DNA from: an uncultured Candidatus Saccharibacteria bacterium
GTDB taxonomy: Bacteria; Patescibacteriota; Dojkabacteria; SC72
Reading direction: 5' to 3'
Assembly (NCBI GenBank): GCA_964388655.1
Contig: CAYMBI010000001.1
Coordinates: forward strand, 1-30,011
DNA length: 30,011 nt
The position numbers and the translations under genes are program-made. The notes under the pieces are model-generated. The model saw only the letters and a program-made list of their open reading frames with translations, had not been told where the DNA came from and made no database searches. Below, one piece after another: positions 16,873 through 26,172 of this stretch. Positions within the stretch are counted from its first letter, which is position 1. Every line of letters begins with the position of its first letter.

Positions 16873-18828
16873 ATGAAACAAATAAAACCGTTCTTATTCC
16901 CATTATTCTTAATAATTGCTACTCTAGTACTTTCACTAAATGGTATTCATGGATCCTCAATTGGGCTCTTTGACGGAATCGGCGGGGAGAGAGTTGATAG
17001 CAATGCAGTAATCTTTGGTAAACCTAGACCGATCCGCAGCGATGAATATTTGGTATCAACACCGACCTTAATTTCTCAAGATATTAACGAACAAAAAACC
17101 ATTAATCCAGATATTGGATATGGTACGAATTTCGGATTCCACTACAATCTCCCTACTGATAATATCTTTTCCCTCTTCAAACCTGCAACATGGATATTTT
17201 TCCTTACAACGCCCGAAAACATAGAATTCTCTTTTAGCTTCTTCTGGTGGATAAGGATTACACTAACACTAATATCCGCATACCTACTTCTCATGGTAAT
17301 TACCGAGAAAAGGATTCTTGTCTCTATACTGGGATCTATTATGATCTTCTATTCACCATTCATGCAATGGTGGTTGGCAATAGATACACTAACACCAATA
17401 TTTTTTGGGATATCTTTATTCATACTTCTAGTTAAGGAGAAGATTTTATTTAAGGAAATTTTACTAGGAATACTGCTTACCTATTGGATAATTTCATTTG
17501 CAATTATTGTATACCCACCTTTTCAGATACCTCTAGTTTGGATTTCTATCTTTATTGCTTTGGGTACAATAATTAGCCAACGGAAAACACTTGACCGAGA
17601 AAAACTCATCAGACTGGGAATTATCTTACTCGGATCAGTAATAACAGTTGCACTATTCTTGCTTCTTTTCTTCAGAATGTTCCAAGATGTAACAGATACT
17701 ATGATGAATACAACATATCCAGGTTCAAGATTTATCTCCGCAGGCCTAGGCAATGTAAACCACCTACTAAACGGATTCTTTAACATTTTAATGCAGAAAG
17801 ATTCTAATGGTGCACCATATGCAAATCAATCAGAGGCTTCTAACTTTTTAATTCTATTCCCCTTCTTATCTCCTTGGTTTATTTACAAAGGGATTGTTGA
17901 TTATTTAAAGAATAAAAGAATTGATTGGTTTGGAGTCTCGGTTGTATGCGCTTTAGTACTTTTCTCAGCTTGGTATTTCTTGCCTCTACCAGACTTTTTT
18001 TCAAAATATACAGGGCTATATCTAACACTACCCCAGAGATTATTTATTGGCTTCGGAGTTGCCAACTATTTACTTATAATCCACATGATCTTAAATGAGA
18101 AATACCACTTAGATAGAAAAAATATATATGACATAATTATTACTATTCTTTTAAGCATATTTACAGGTATCGTATATTTCAATGTAGGTAGATATTTGTA
18201 TAATCTAAGACCAGAATTCTTCTATTGGCCAACTTTCCTAGATCCTACATTTAAAATTCTCGGTGTTGCAATTCTTACCCCAGTAATACTATCCCTTATT
18301 ATTTCTGGTAAAAGACTCGCCTTATACCTAATGGTTTCATATACCCTGATATCCACAATTATGATAAATCCACTTTACAAAGGTCTAGATGTTTTAAAAG
18401 ATACTGATATGGCGAAATACATGCAACAAATTAACGGGGACAATCAAGATCTTTGGCTTGTATATGGGGATCATCACTATGCCCAGTATCTCATTGCAAA
18501 TGGTGGACATGTATTAAATGGTATACACATGTATCCACAATTTGAGTTGTGGGAAATTCTTGATAAAGATAAAGAGTATTATGAAATATACAACAGATAT
18601 GCACATATCTTTTTGTCAGATTATAATGAGAATGATGATCTTGTGGTTTTAAAGCAAATGGATGCGATAGAGATAAACATATCCCCTTGTGATTCGAAAT
18701 TAGAGGAAATCGGCGTTAAGTATGTACTCTCAACAGTTGATTTACAAGATACAACTTGCCTAATACACTTGGAGACCTTTGGAAATGCAAACATCTATGA
18801 AAGGAAGGATATTACAATCCAACCCTAA
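16873..18828 (+). CDS. Polytopic membrane protein, probable GT-C-fold glycosyltransferase
   Basis: N-terminal TM, an extracytoplasmic loop with the acidic motif PRPIRSDEY, more than 10 TM helices and a soluble C-terminal domain. Confidence 0.65.
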   Translation: MKQIKPFLFPLFLIIATLVLSLNGIHGSSIGLFDGIGGERVDSNAVIFGKPRPIRSDEYLVSTPTLISQDINEQKTINPDIGYGTNFGFHYNLPTDNIFSLFKPATWIFFLTTPENIEFSFSFFWWIRITLTLISAYLLLMVITEKRILVSILGSIMIFYSPFMQWWLAIDTLTPIFFGISLFILLVKEKILFKEILLGILLTYWIISFAIIVYPPFQIPLVWISIFIALGTIISQRKTLDREKLIRLGIILLGSVITVALFLLLFFRMFQDVTDTMMNTTYPGSRFISAGLGNVNHLLNGFFNILMQKDSNGAPYANQSEASNFLILFPFLSPWFIYKGIVDYLKNKRIDWFGVSVVCALVLFSAWYFLPLPDFFSKYTGLYLTLPQRLFIGFGVANYLLIIHMILNEKYHLDRKNIYDIIITILLSIFTGIVYFNVGRYLYNLRPEFFYWPTFLDPTFKILGVAILTPVILSLIISGKRLALYLMVSYTLISTIMINPLYKGLDVLKDTDMAKYMQQINGDNQDLWLVYGDHHYAQYLIANGGHVLNGIHMYPQFELWEILDKDKEYYEIYNRYAHIFLSDYNENDDLVVLKQMDAIEINISPCDSKLEEIGVKYVLSTVDLQDTTCLIHLETFGNANIYERKDITIQP

Positions 18829-20686
18829 TCCTAAAATCCTCATGTGCATATGAGAAGTTCGGGTTAAAGAAAGGATCATCTCCACCCATATATTCAATAT
18901 ATTGAGGCCATCTATCTCTTAACTTCAGAGCATTCTCCTCATCCCTCTCTAACCTCTCCTTAGTATTAAACCTAGTAACAGATTCATAATGGATTAGCTC
19001 TGCATAAGGAGTATATACATTGTATAACCCCCTCTCAAATATTCTAATACCCAAATCTACATCCTGATAAGCAGGATCAAACTGAATATCAAAACCTCCC
19101 ATCTCAATAAACAAGTCTCTCCTTACTAATACACAAGCCCCAGTAACAGCTAAATAGTTTCTAACATTAACAATAGCCCCATTGTAACCAAAATCCTTAC
19201 CATCACATAACCTATGACTATGAGCAGCAGCTCCCCCCGCCCCCACTATTACACCAGCATGCTGAATTCTACCATCCTCATAGTAAAGTCTAGCACCTAC
19301 ACTACCTACCTCAGGTAATTGTCCAAACTCTAACATAGATTCTAACCAACCATCATTTAACACCTTAATATCATTATTAAGTATCAACATATACTCTCCA
19401 TCTACCTGTTTACTAGCCCAGTTATACAACTTCCCAAAATGAAAAGGCTGATTAAAATCAATAACCCTAATATTCTCTTCCTTAGATATCTTCTTAAAGT
19501 ACTCCTTTGTCTCTTCCTCCTCTGACCTATTGTTAACAATAACTATTTCATAGTTACCATATTTAGTATGTTCTCTAATGCTATCAATAGCTCTACTTAA
19601 GTACTCAACCTTGTCCTTAGTAGGAATAACAATACTAACTTTGGGGTTACCAATAATATCAAACTTAACTCTCCAACTACCTTCAAAAGGTCCCTCTATT
19701 ACCTTGCCCTTTAATCCTCTTCTCTCTAAATATCTCTCCAATACCTTTCTCTGATTCTCATATGCCCAATCCTTAGCCCCGCTATTAGCCAATGCTGTTG
19801 ATCCAGGATACACTCTCCAATGGTAAAGAATCTTAGGTATATGTACTACATTCCAATTACCCCTAGTTACATACCTTAGAACTAAATCCCAATCCTGTGC
19901 TCCTTCTGTACCTTTAACTAATCCACCTAACTCTTCAACTACATCTCTTCTGTAACAAGTAACATGAGTTGTATACATCTGTGCAGTTAAAGTATGTGGA
20001 GACCAATCAGGCCAGAAAGAAGGATCAAATCTCTTTCCCTTCTCATCTATTTTGTCAAAATCACTGTACAGGAACTCTACCTTAGGATTCTCATTAATAC
20101 TCTTAGCTAGCTCTAGTAAACAATTTACAGATATCTCATCATCACAATCCATAAATACTACATATTCTCCAGTCGCTAGTGAAAGAGCATTGTTGCTGTT
20201 CTCAATAATGTTAATACCTTTTACATCTATAGTTGAGAACTTAACCTTACCCTCATACCTACTCACATACCCCTTTAGAAACTCTCTTGTCTCCTCTACA
20301 TGTTCACTAGATCCATCTGAGATACATATCTCCCAATTCTCATATACTTGATTTACAATGGAGTTAAGAGCTTTAGAGAGCATCTCCTCACTCTTGTTCC
20401 ATACAGGAAATATTATACTGAACTTAGGCTTACTCTTAAGCTTACTTAAATCCTCTAACATACTCTCTTCATTGAGATATTTACTCTCTACATTACTCAT
20501 CCATTCTCCATATGTAATATCTAAAAGCTTTGATGCTTTACCTCCACTTACAACAAACCTATATATCTTCTTAAATACTTTTTTAAATGTAAAAAGTAAA
20601 CCCTGTTTTCTTACTAAAGTTTTAAACTGAATGAAATATATTGGTAATCTACTAACTACCCTTTGGAAAATATCTAAAATCTTCAT
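18812..20686 (-). CDS. Tandem GT2-GT2 glycosyltransferase (rhamnan polymerase-like)
   Basis: FSIIFPVWN, FMDCDD, EGAQDWDL and LYHWR; second domain VSIVIPTKD, LNNDI, IQHAGV and AVTGAC. It is paralogous to the GT part of 10535-13231. Confidence 0.9.
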   Translation of the reverse strand: MKILDIFQRVVSRLPIYFIQFKTLVRKQGLLFTFKKVFKKIYRFVVSGGKASKLLDITYGEWMSNVESKYLNEESMLEDLSKLKSKPKFSIIFPVWNKSEEMLSKALNSIVNQVYENWEICISDGSSEHVEETREFLKGYVSRYEGKVKFSTIDVKGINIIENSNNALSLATGEYVVFMDCDDEISVNCLLELAKSINENPKVEFLYSDFDKIDEKGKRFDPSFWPDWSPHTLTAQMYTTHVTCYRRDVVEELGGLVKGTEGAQDWDLVLRYVTRGNWNVVHIPKILYHWRVYPGSTALANSGAKDWAYENQRKVLERYLERRGLKGKVIEGPFEGSWRVKFDIIGNPKVSIVIPTKDKVEYLSRAIDSIREHTKYGNYEIVIVNNRSEEEETKEYFKKISKEENIRVIDFNQPFHFGKLYNWASKQVDGEYMLILNNDIKVLNDGWLESMLEFGQLPEVGSVGARLYYEDGRIQHAGVIVGAGGAAAHSHRLCDGKDFGYNGAIVNVRNYLAVTGACVLVRRDLFIEMGGFDIQFDPAYQDVDLGIRIFERGLYNVYTPYAELIHYESVTRFNTKERLERDEENALKLRDRWPQYIEYMGGDDPFFNPNFSYAHEDFRIRVGL

Positions 20687-20697
20687 AGATTGTAGAG

Positions 20698-21429
20698 TTA
20701 AAATGTTTTACTATATGCTCCGACCATATCCTCAGGTTTCCCTATCTCATATGTCTTGTCTTCCTTTAACCAAAGTACTCTGTCTGAATATTTTTTTACA
20801 GATTCAAGTGCATGCGAAACAAACAATATTGTCTTTTTACCCCTAATATTCTCAAAATAGTTATAACACTTCTTTTGAAACTCACCATCACCTACTGCGA
20901 GTACTTCATCAAGTATTAGAATATCTGACTTCACTCTGATAGCTATAGAAAAGGCAAGCCTTACCTGCATACCCGAAGAAAAATTTTTTATATTCATATT
21001 GGCAAAATCTCTTAATTCTGCAAAGTCAAATATGTCATCAATATATCCATCTAATTCTTTTTTTGTTAAACCTAATATGGTGCCATTGAGGTATACATTT
21101 TCCTTTGCACTTAAATCAGGATTAAATCCTACACCTAATTCTAAGAATGGAACTAATTTACCATTAACATAAACTCTTCCCTCATCAGGAACATATATCT
21201 GAGAAACAATCTTTAGTAATGTAGATTTACCAGCACCATTAGGACCAATAACACTAAAAAATTCCCCCTTCTTTACATCAAAAGAGAGATTCTTCAATGC
21301 CTTAAATTCTCTATACTCAACCTTTCTAAAAGGATTAATAAATCTTTCTTGTAATGTATTAGCATGACCATTAACTGGTATCTTAAATTCTTTACTTACA
21401 TTTTTTACACTTATCGCAATATTTTCCAT
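20698..21429 (-). CDS. wzt: Polysaccharide ABC exporter ATP-binding subunit (Wzt), without a C-terminal CBM
   Basis: Walker A GPNGAGKST, FLELGVGFNPDLS, signature FSSGMQVRLAFS, DEVLAVGD and SH switch; 243 aa only. Confidence 0.93.
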   Translation of the reverse strand: MENIAISVKNVSKEFKIPVNGHANTLQERFINPFRKVEYREFKALKNLSFDVKKGEFFSVIGPNGAGKSTLLKIVSQIYVPDEGRVYVNGKLVPFLELGVGFNPDLSAKENVYLNGTILGLTKKELDGYIDDIFDFAELRDFANMNIKNFSSGMQVRLAFSIAIRVKSDILILDEVLAVGDGEFQKKCYNYFENIRGKKTILFVSHALESVKKYSDRVLWLKEDKTYEIGKPEDMVGAYSKTF

Positions 21430-21430
21430 A

Positions 21431-22204
21431 TTAGAAGTACTCAGCTATCTTTAAAATATTCTTCTTAAAATACATTCTTCCAATTAATACTAGGATTATT
21501 GAACATATTAACGAAATAATTACAAATTTAAAATTTACAATTTCCTGATGTATAAGGGCTTCTCTAACTGATTGTATAAAAAGTGCAATGGGATTGTACT
21601 GTACAATGAATCTGTATTTTTCCGGAATCATTGCAACAGGAAAAAAGACAGCAGAAGCATAGAACATGAGTTGAAGTACTAACTCTGAGATATGTGCTAA
21701 ATCTCTAATGTGTACCATCCATATACTTGTAAAAAACGCTATACCATACATACCGATAAACATAGTTAAGCAAACTAGTAGGATATATCCAGCAGCAAGC
21801 AGAGAAATATTTATACCAAGAAATATTGCCACCACAGAAATGATAAAGAAATTAATAACAAGATTAATTAATGCCATGGTAAGAGCACTGATAACAACAA
21901 TTTCTCTTTTGAAGTTAATTTTCACTATTAAGCTAGAACGCTCCATAATAGAGCTTAGACCCCATGTAATACCTTCATTAAAGAAGGTATAAATGATTAA
22001 ACCCGAAAGCAGATATACTGCATATTGATTTGGGGTGATATCGGCAATTGCACTCGAGAAATTAGAAAAAACAATGTACAAAATCAGAAAAAGGAAGAAA
22101 GGTTTTAGTAATACCCAAAGAAATCCAAGAAAAGATCCTTTGTATCTCATCTTAAAGATTGTCTTAACAAACTGTTTGTATAGGTCTATATCGTTCTTAT
22201 TCAT
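21431..22204 (-). CDS. wzm: Polysaccharide ABC exporter permease (Wzm)
   Basis: RYKGSFLGFLWVLLKP, FYASAVFFP and YNP motifs with about 6 TM helices; adjacent to wzt. Confidence 0.93.
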   Translation of the reverse strand: MNKNDIDLYKQFVKTIFKMRYKGSFLGFLWVLLKPFFLFLILYIVFSNFSSAIADITPNQYAVYLLSGLIIYTFFNEGITWGLSSIMERSSLIVKINFKREIVVISALTMALINLVINFFIISVVAIFLGINISLLAAGYILLVCLTMFIGMYGIAFFTSIWMVHIRDLAHISELVLQLMFYASAVFFPVAMIPEKYRFIVQYNPIALFIQSVREALIHQEIVNFKFVIISLICSIILVLIGRMYFKKNILKIAEYF

Positions 22205-23052
22205 TGTTTTCTTTCTAAATATTTTCTTAGAGTAATCCTCTTAGAATATATTAATTTCCATACTAACCAATGGAAAATATACCAAATGGTTTCCGTTAAT
22301 CCTACCAGAAAACCCAACCTGCTTCCAATACTCAAATACCTATTTTTCATGCTCATAAAATTTCTTTTAAAACTACCCATTTTACCTGTACTACCCATAT
22401 GATCATGATATACAATACTCTTACCACAGTAATAAAGTTTAAAACCGAAATCTCTAAGTCTTAGTGAAATATCTACATCTTCATAGTACATAAACATATG
22501 AGAATTAAAACCACCTATCATGTCCCAAGCTTTTTTAGTAATAAGTAATGCTCCACCACATAGGGCATCTACCTCTTCAATTACATTGTATTTCTCATTA
22601 TCATACTCTCCAGCATATCTGTCATATCCCATGTAATGTTTGTCCAGTTCAATACCTGCAGAATTAATTACATACTTACCTTCTTTCTTTTTAGAGTAGA
22701 GTATCTTAGGTCCTACTGCTCCTACATTCTCTTTTTCTTTTACAACAGATATTAATTCTTTTAACCAATCTTTCTCTACACTCATATCATTGTTAAGAAA
22801 TACATATGCATCATATTCGGGATATTCATATACCCCTAAGTTATTACCTCTACCAAATCCTAAATTTTCTTTGCTTCTTAGAACCTTTATTTGGGGATAG
22901 TAATTTTTAAGAAAATCAACAGATCCATCAATAGATCCATTATCTACGACCAATACCTCAAAGTTCGGATACTCGGTATTTAATACTGAATCTAAATGCT
23001 TCTGTAAGAGAGTAAAACCATTGTAATTAACTATTACTATTAATACTTTCAT
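22201..23052 (-). CDS. GT2-family glycosyltransferase (WbbL-like rhamnosyltransferase)
   Basis: IVNYNG, VDNGSIDGS, NLGFGRGNN, FLNND, MYYEDVD; likely start ATG 23052. Confidence 0.88.
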   Translation of the reverse strand: MKVLIVIVNYNGFTLLQKHLDSVLNTEYPNFEVLVVDNGSIDGSVDFLKNYYPQIKVLRSKENLGFGRGNNLGVYEYPEYDAYVFLNNDMSVEKDWLKELISVVKEKENVGAVGPKILYSKKKEGKYVINSAGIELDKHYMGYDRYAGEYDNEKYNVIEEVDALCGGALLITKKAWDMIGGFNSHMFMYYEDVDISLRLRDFGFKLYYCGKSIVYHDHMGSTGKMGSFKRNFMSMKNRYLSIGSRLGFLVGLTETIWYIFHWLVWKLIYSKRITLRKYLERKQ

Positions 23053-23053
23053 A

Positions 23054-24001
23054 TTAATCATCATACCTCTCTTTCTTTAATTCATACAGTATTCTCTCTT
23101 GATTAACTCTTACTCTGTTAAACATATTAGCTAATAGACCAACTATTACTAACAACAATCCAAAAACTAAAAATGCAAACCCGGTAAAACCAACAAACTT
23201 AAAAGGAGTAAAATCACCAGACATTAAATAATGAATACCTAAAAATATCTCCATAACTAAACCAATAGATATTAATATAGCACCAATGCCACCAAAAAAT
23301 ACCATAGGTTTGTAATCTCTAAGAGTACTTAAAATGATATTTAGTGTTCTAAAAGCATATTTAAAAATACTACCCGCTACTCTAGACTTTCTCTCTTTAA
23401 AATATATTACATCTACTGGAAACTCTACTACCCTTAAACCCTTAAAAACCATATCTAAAATACTCTCCTGTGTGTATGTAAAGGCACCAAAAAGATTTAA
23501 CCTCAATAATGCTTCTCTACTGTAAGCCCTAAAACCACAAGACACATCTCTAAACCTTTGACCAGTAATAAAGGATATTAGTTTAGACATCTGAGCATTA
23601 CCCCAATACTTACTCTTTGGCATATTCTCAGGAATACCCTTCTCAAACCTATTACCAGTGACCATATCTGCATTGTTGCTAAGTATAGGTTCAATTATTT
23701 GAGGTATCTGATTACTGTTAAACTGCCTGTCTGCATCTATACTTACCAATATATCCCCACCTTCCTCTAATACATACTGAACTGCACTCTGAAATGCTTT
23801 ACCTACACCTTTGTTTACAGTATGACTTACTACCTCTGCACCACTCTCTTTTGCAATCTTTACAGTATCATCTGTACTACCATCATCTACAACCAAGACT
23901 CTAATCTCCTCTATCCCATCTATCTCTTTTGGTAATGATTTGATTACATCTGCAATACCTTCCTGTTCATTTAAAGCAGGCATATATATGATTAATTTCA
24001 T
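23054..24001 (-). CDS. DPM1-like GT2 with two C-terminal TM helices
   Basis: MPALNE, VVDDGSTD, NKGVGKAF, SIDADRQ, DVSCGFRAYSR and a C-terminal hydrophobic hairpin; likely start ATG 24001. Confidence 0.9.
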   Translation of the reverse strand: MKLIIYMPALNEQEGIADVIKSLPKEIDGIEEIRVLVVDDGSTDDTVKIAKESGAEVVSHTVNKGVGKAFQSAVQYVLEEGGDILVSIDADRQFNSNQIPQIIEPILSNNADMVTGNRFEKGIPENMPKSKYWGNAQMSKLISFITGQRFRDVSCGFRAYSREALLRLNLFGAFTYTQESILDMVFKGLRVVEFPVDVIYFKERKSRVAGSIFKYAFRTLNIILSTLRDYKPMVFFGGIGAILISIGLVMEIFLGIHYLMSGDFTPFKFVGFTGFAFLVFGLLLVIVGLLANMFNRVRVNQERILYELKKERYDD

Positions 24002-24119
24002 CTCTAATACAGGTAAATTTACGCTCCAATTATACCCCAAAAAGTAATCCAAAATATATACACTCCTCTTTTCCATTGTGATATATTAGAAGTAGATATA
24101 ACTTTAAGGACAAAGAGCA

Positions 24120-25241
24120 ATGTTTAAATTAAAAGGTAAGTTACTTTTACTTCCTTTCTTAGCAATACTTCTTGCTGCTGTATTTCCTTTTGCTGCATAT
24201 GCTGCGCAGTTTGAAAAAGGAGATTACATATTAGAAACAGAATCCATTGTTGAGGATGACTTGTATATAGCAGGAGACAATGTAATGATAAGAGGAGTAG
24301 TAGATGGAGATTTAGTAATCTTTGGCCAGAATGTAACAGTAGATGGAACTGTAACAGGAGATTTGTATGCCTTTGGTAACACTGTAAGTATTGCAGGTAG
24401 CATATACGGAAATGTACTTGCATTAGGTTCAAATGTGAGCCTTAAAGGAACACTAGGACAAAATGTATATGTAGGAAGTATGATGGTAGATATTGATGCC
24501 AATATTGGGAAGGATTTAAACATTGCTTCTGGTACAACAAAGATAGCAGGAAGTGTTGGAGATGATGTAAGAGTAGCAACAGGACAACTCTCTTCAGATG
24601 CCTCTGTAGCAGGAGATTTCCTAATCTCAAGCGAAAGCTTTAATATTGCAGAAGAAAAGATAAGTGGAGAATTAGTAATTTCAACAAAAGAAACTAAAAT
24701 ATCTCAAACTCCTAAATTTGAATTTAGGAAGGGTGACTTCTTAGGATTTAATCTAGGTCTTGCAATGGTAAGCTTTGTAGGAATGTATATTGTAGGTTTA
24801 CTCTTAATCTATATAGCACCTGTAAAGACATTAGCTATAGAGAGAAAGATCACTACATCATGGGAAGAATTACTTAAGAGTTTTGCAATTGGTTTGGTAA
24901 TTCTCTTTGCAATACCACTACCACTCTTCATCTTAGTTCTAACGCTAGTAGGAGCACCACTAGCATTCTTAATTACAGCAATCTTAGTATTCTTAGTAAC
25001 ATTTGGTACCCTTTGGACAGAGACAGCAGTAGGTCACAAAGTACTTACTTTAGCAAAGCAGAAAGATGATAGGAGATTCCTTTCGCTTCTTGTTGGTAGA
25101 TTGATAACAGTCATTATAAAACTAATTCCATTAATTGGAGCTCTTTACTCATTAACTTTGAGTATGGTTACTGTAGGTGCGGTAGCTAGAATGAAATATG
25201 ATGCATTTCAAGCTTGTAAGAATGTGAAAAAGAAGAAATAA
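24120..25241 (+). CDS. Membrane protein with bactofilin-like (polymer-forming) beta-helix repeats
   Basis: Signal peptide ending AYA, repeated GD(L/V)xxxG..V.I.G.V units (aa ~35-190), then 4-6 TM helices. Confidence 0.8.
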   Translation: MFKLKGKLLLLPFLAILLAAVFPFAAYAAQFEKGDYILETESIVEDDLYIAGDNVMIRGVVDGDLVIFGQNVTVDGTVTGDLYAFGNTVSIAGSIYGNVLALGSNVSLKGTLGQNVYVGSMMVDIDANIGKDLNIASGTTKIAGSVGDDVRVATGQLSSDASVAGDFLISSESFNIAEEKISGELVISTKETKISQTPKFEFRKGDFLGFNLGLAMVSFVGMYIVGLLLIYIAPVKTLAIERKITTSWEELLKSFAIGLVILFAIPLPLFILVLTLVGAPLAFLITAILVFLVTFGTLWTETAVGHKVLTLAKQKDDRRFLSLLVGRLITVIIKLIPLIGALYSLTLSMVTVGAVARMKYDAFQACKNVKKKK

Positions 25242-25262
25242 CCAAGAAAGATATAAAAAAGG

Positions 25263-25287
25263 AAAGGGAGCTTACGCTCCCTTTTTT
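25263..25287. terminator. Bidirectional intrinsic terminator
   Basis: AAAGGGAGC-TTAC-GCTCCCTTT followed by a T-run, with an A-rich tract on the other side; lies between convergent genes. Confidence 0.85.
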
Positions 25288-25304
25288 ATTCCTAACCCTT
25301 CTCC

Positions 25305-26057
25305 TTACTTGAGATATTCCTTAAGGATTTGCTCAAATGATGCAAAAGGATATGCCCCTGCAATTAATTTCCCCTTAACATTTCCATCCTTATCCAATAC
25401 ACCTACTACAAATCCAGGAGTACCCTGAACACCAGCCTTCATACCATCTGAAAGACCTTGATCTATCTTGTCCGCATATCTTTCTTCTGTCATACATGTA
25501 TTAAACTTGTTCATATCTATTCCCAAATCTTGAGCAGCCTTAGTTAATGCTTCATTGTTTTCAACCATAAAGATCTTAGAGTGATATTCAACAAACTTAC
25601 TTATACCACCGATCTCATTTACACAAAGTGCTGCATTTGCACTATCAATAGCTATCTGACCATGGAAATCAAGTGGAAAATCTCTGAATACATATATTGC
25701 CTTACCTGTATCCACATACTCTTTTATCAACTGACTCTTGGTCTCTTGATCATGTCTTTGACAGTAAGGACATTGATAGTCTGTGTATTCTACTATTGCT
25801 ACTTTTGCTTTACTCCTATCACCAAGAAAAGGTGCATCACTAATTGTTGTCTCTGCTGCTGGGAACTCCTCCTGTGCAGCATTGTTTGGATTGCTAGTTC
25901 CTTCTACACTGGGATTTCCATTCTTGCTGTTTGTCAAGAATATTGCACCTGCAATTATTACTCCAGCAAGCACTATGGAAAGAGGTACTACAAAGGAGTC
26001 TAAATTAAGTACAATTTCATCACTCTCTTGAGCTTTTTGCTTCTTCTCTTTAGGCAT
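25305..26057 (-). CDS. Membrane-anchored DsbA/BdbD-like thioredoxin-fold oxidoreductase
   Basis: N-terminal TM, EYTDYQCPYC (CXXC), FRDFPL and GVQGTPGF cis-Pro loop. Confidence 0.9.
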   Translation of the reverse strand: MPKEKKQKAQESDEIVLNLDSFVVPLSIVLAGVIIAGAIFLTNSKNGNPSVEGTSNPNNAAQEEFPAAETTISDAPFLGDRSKAKVAIVEYTDYQCPYCQRHDQETKSQLIKEYVDTGKAIYVFRDFPLDFHGQIAIDSANAALCVNEIGGISKFVEYHSKIFMVENNEALTKAAQDLGIDMNKFNTCMTEERYADKIDQGLSDGMKAGVQGTPGFVVGVLDKDGNVKGKLIAGAYPFASFEQILKEYLK

Positions 26058-26102
26058 AATTTGGTAAAGTATAATATATTAATTCGAGGGCAATTAAATA
26101 TG

Positions 26103-26131
26103 ATAATATTTCAATTAGCTAAGTATGTCAA
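26103..26131 (-). promoter_or_regulatory. sigma70-like promoter TTGACA-N17-TATTAT for the DsbA gene
   Basis: Consensus -35 at 26126-26131, 17-nt spacer, -10 at 26103-26108. Confidence 0.6.
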
Positions 26132-26153
26132 TTCTTGAAGTGTATGATATACT
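26125..26153 (+). promoter_or_regulatory. sigma70-like promoter ATGTCA-N17-(TGa)TATACT for the hydrolase gene
   Basis: Extended -10 TGnTATACT at 26145-26153 and -35 at 26125-26130. Confidence 0.5.
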
Positions 26154-26172
26154 AAAGTAGGTGGGGCAATAT

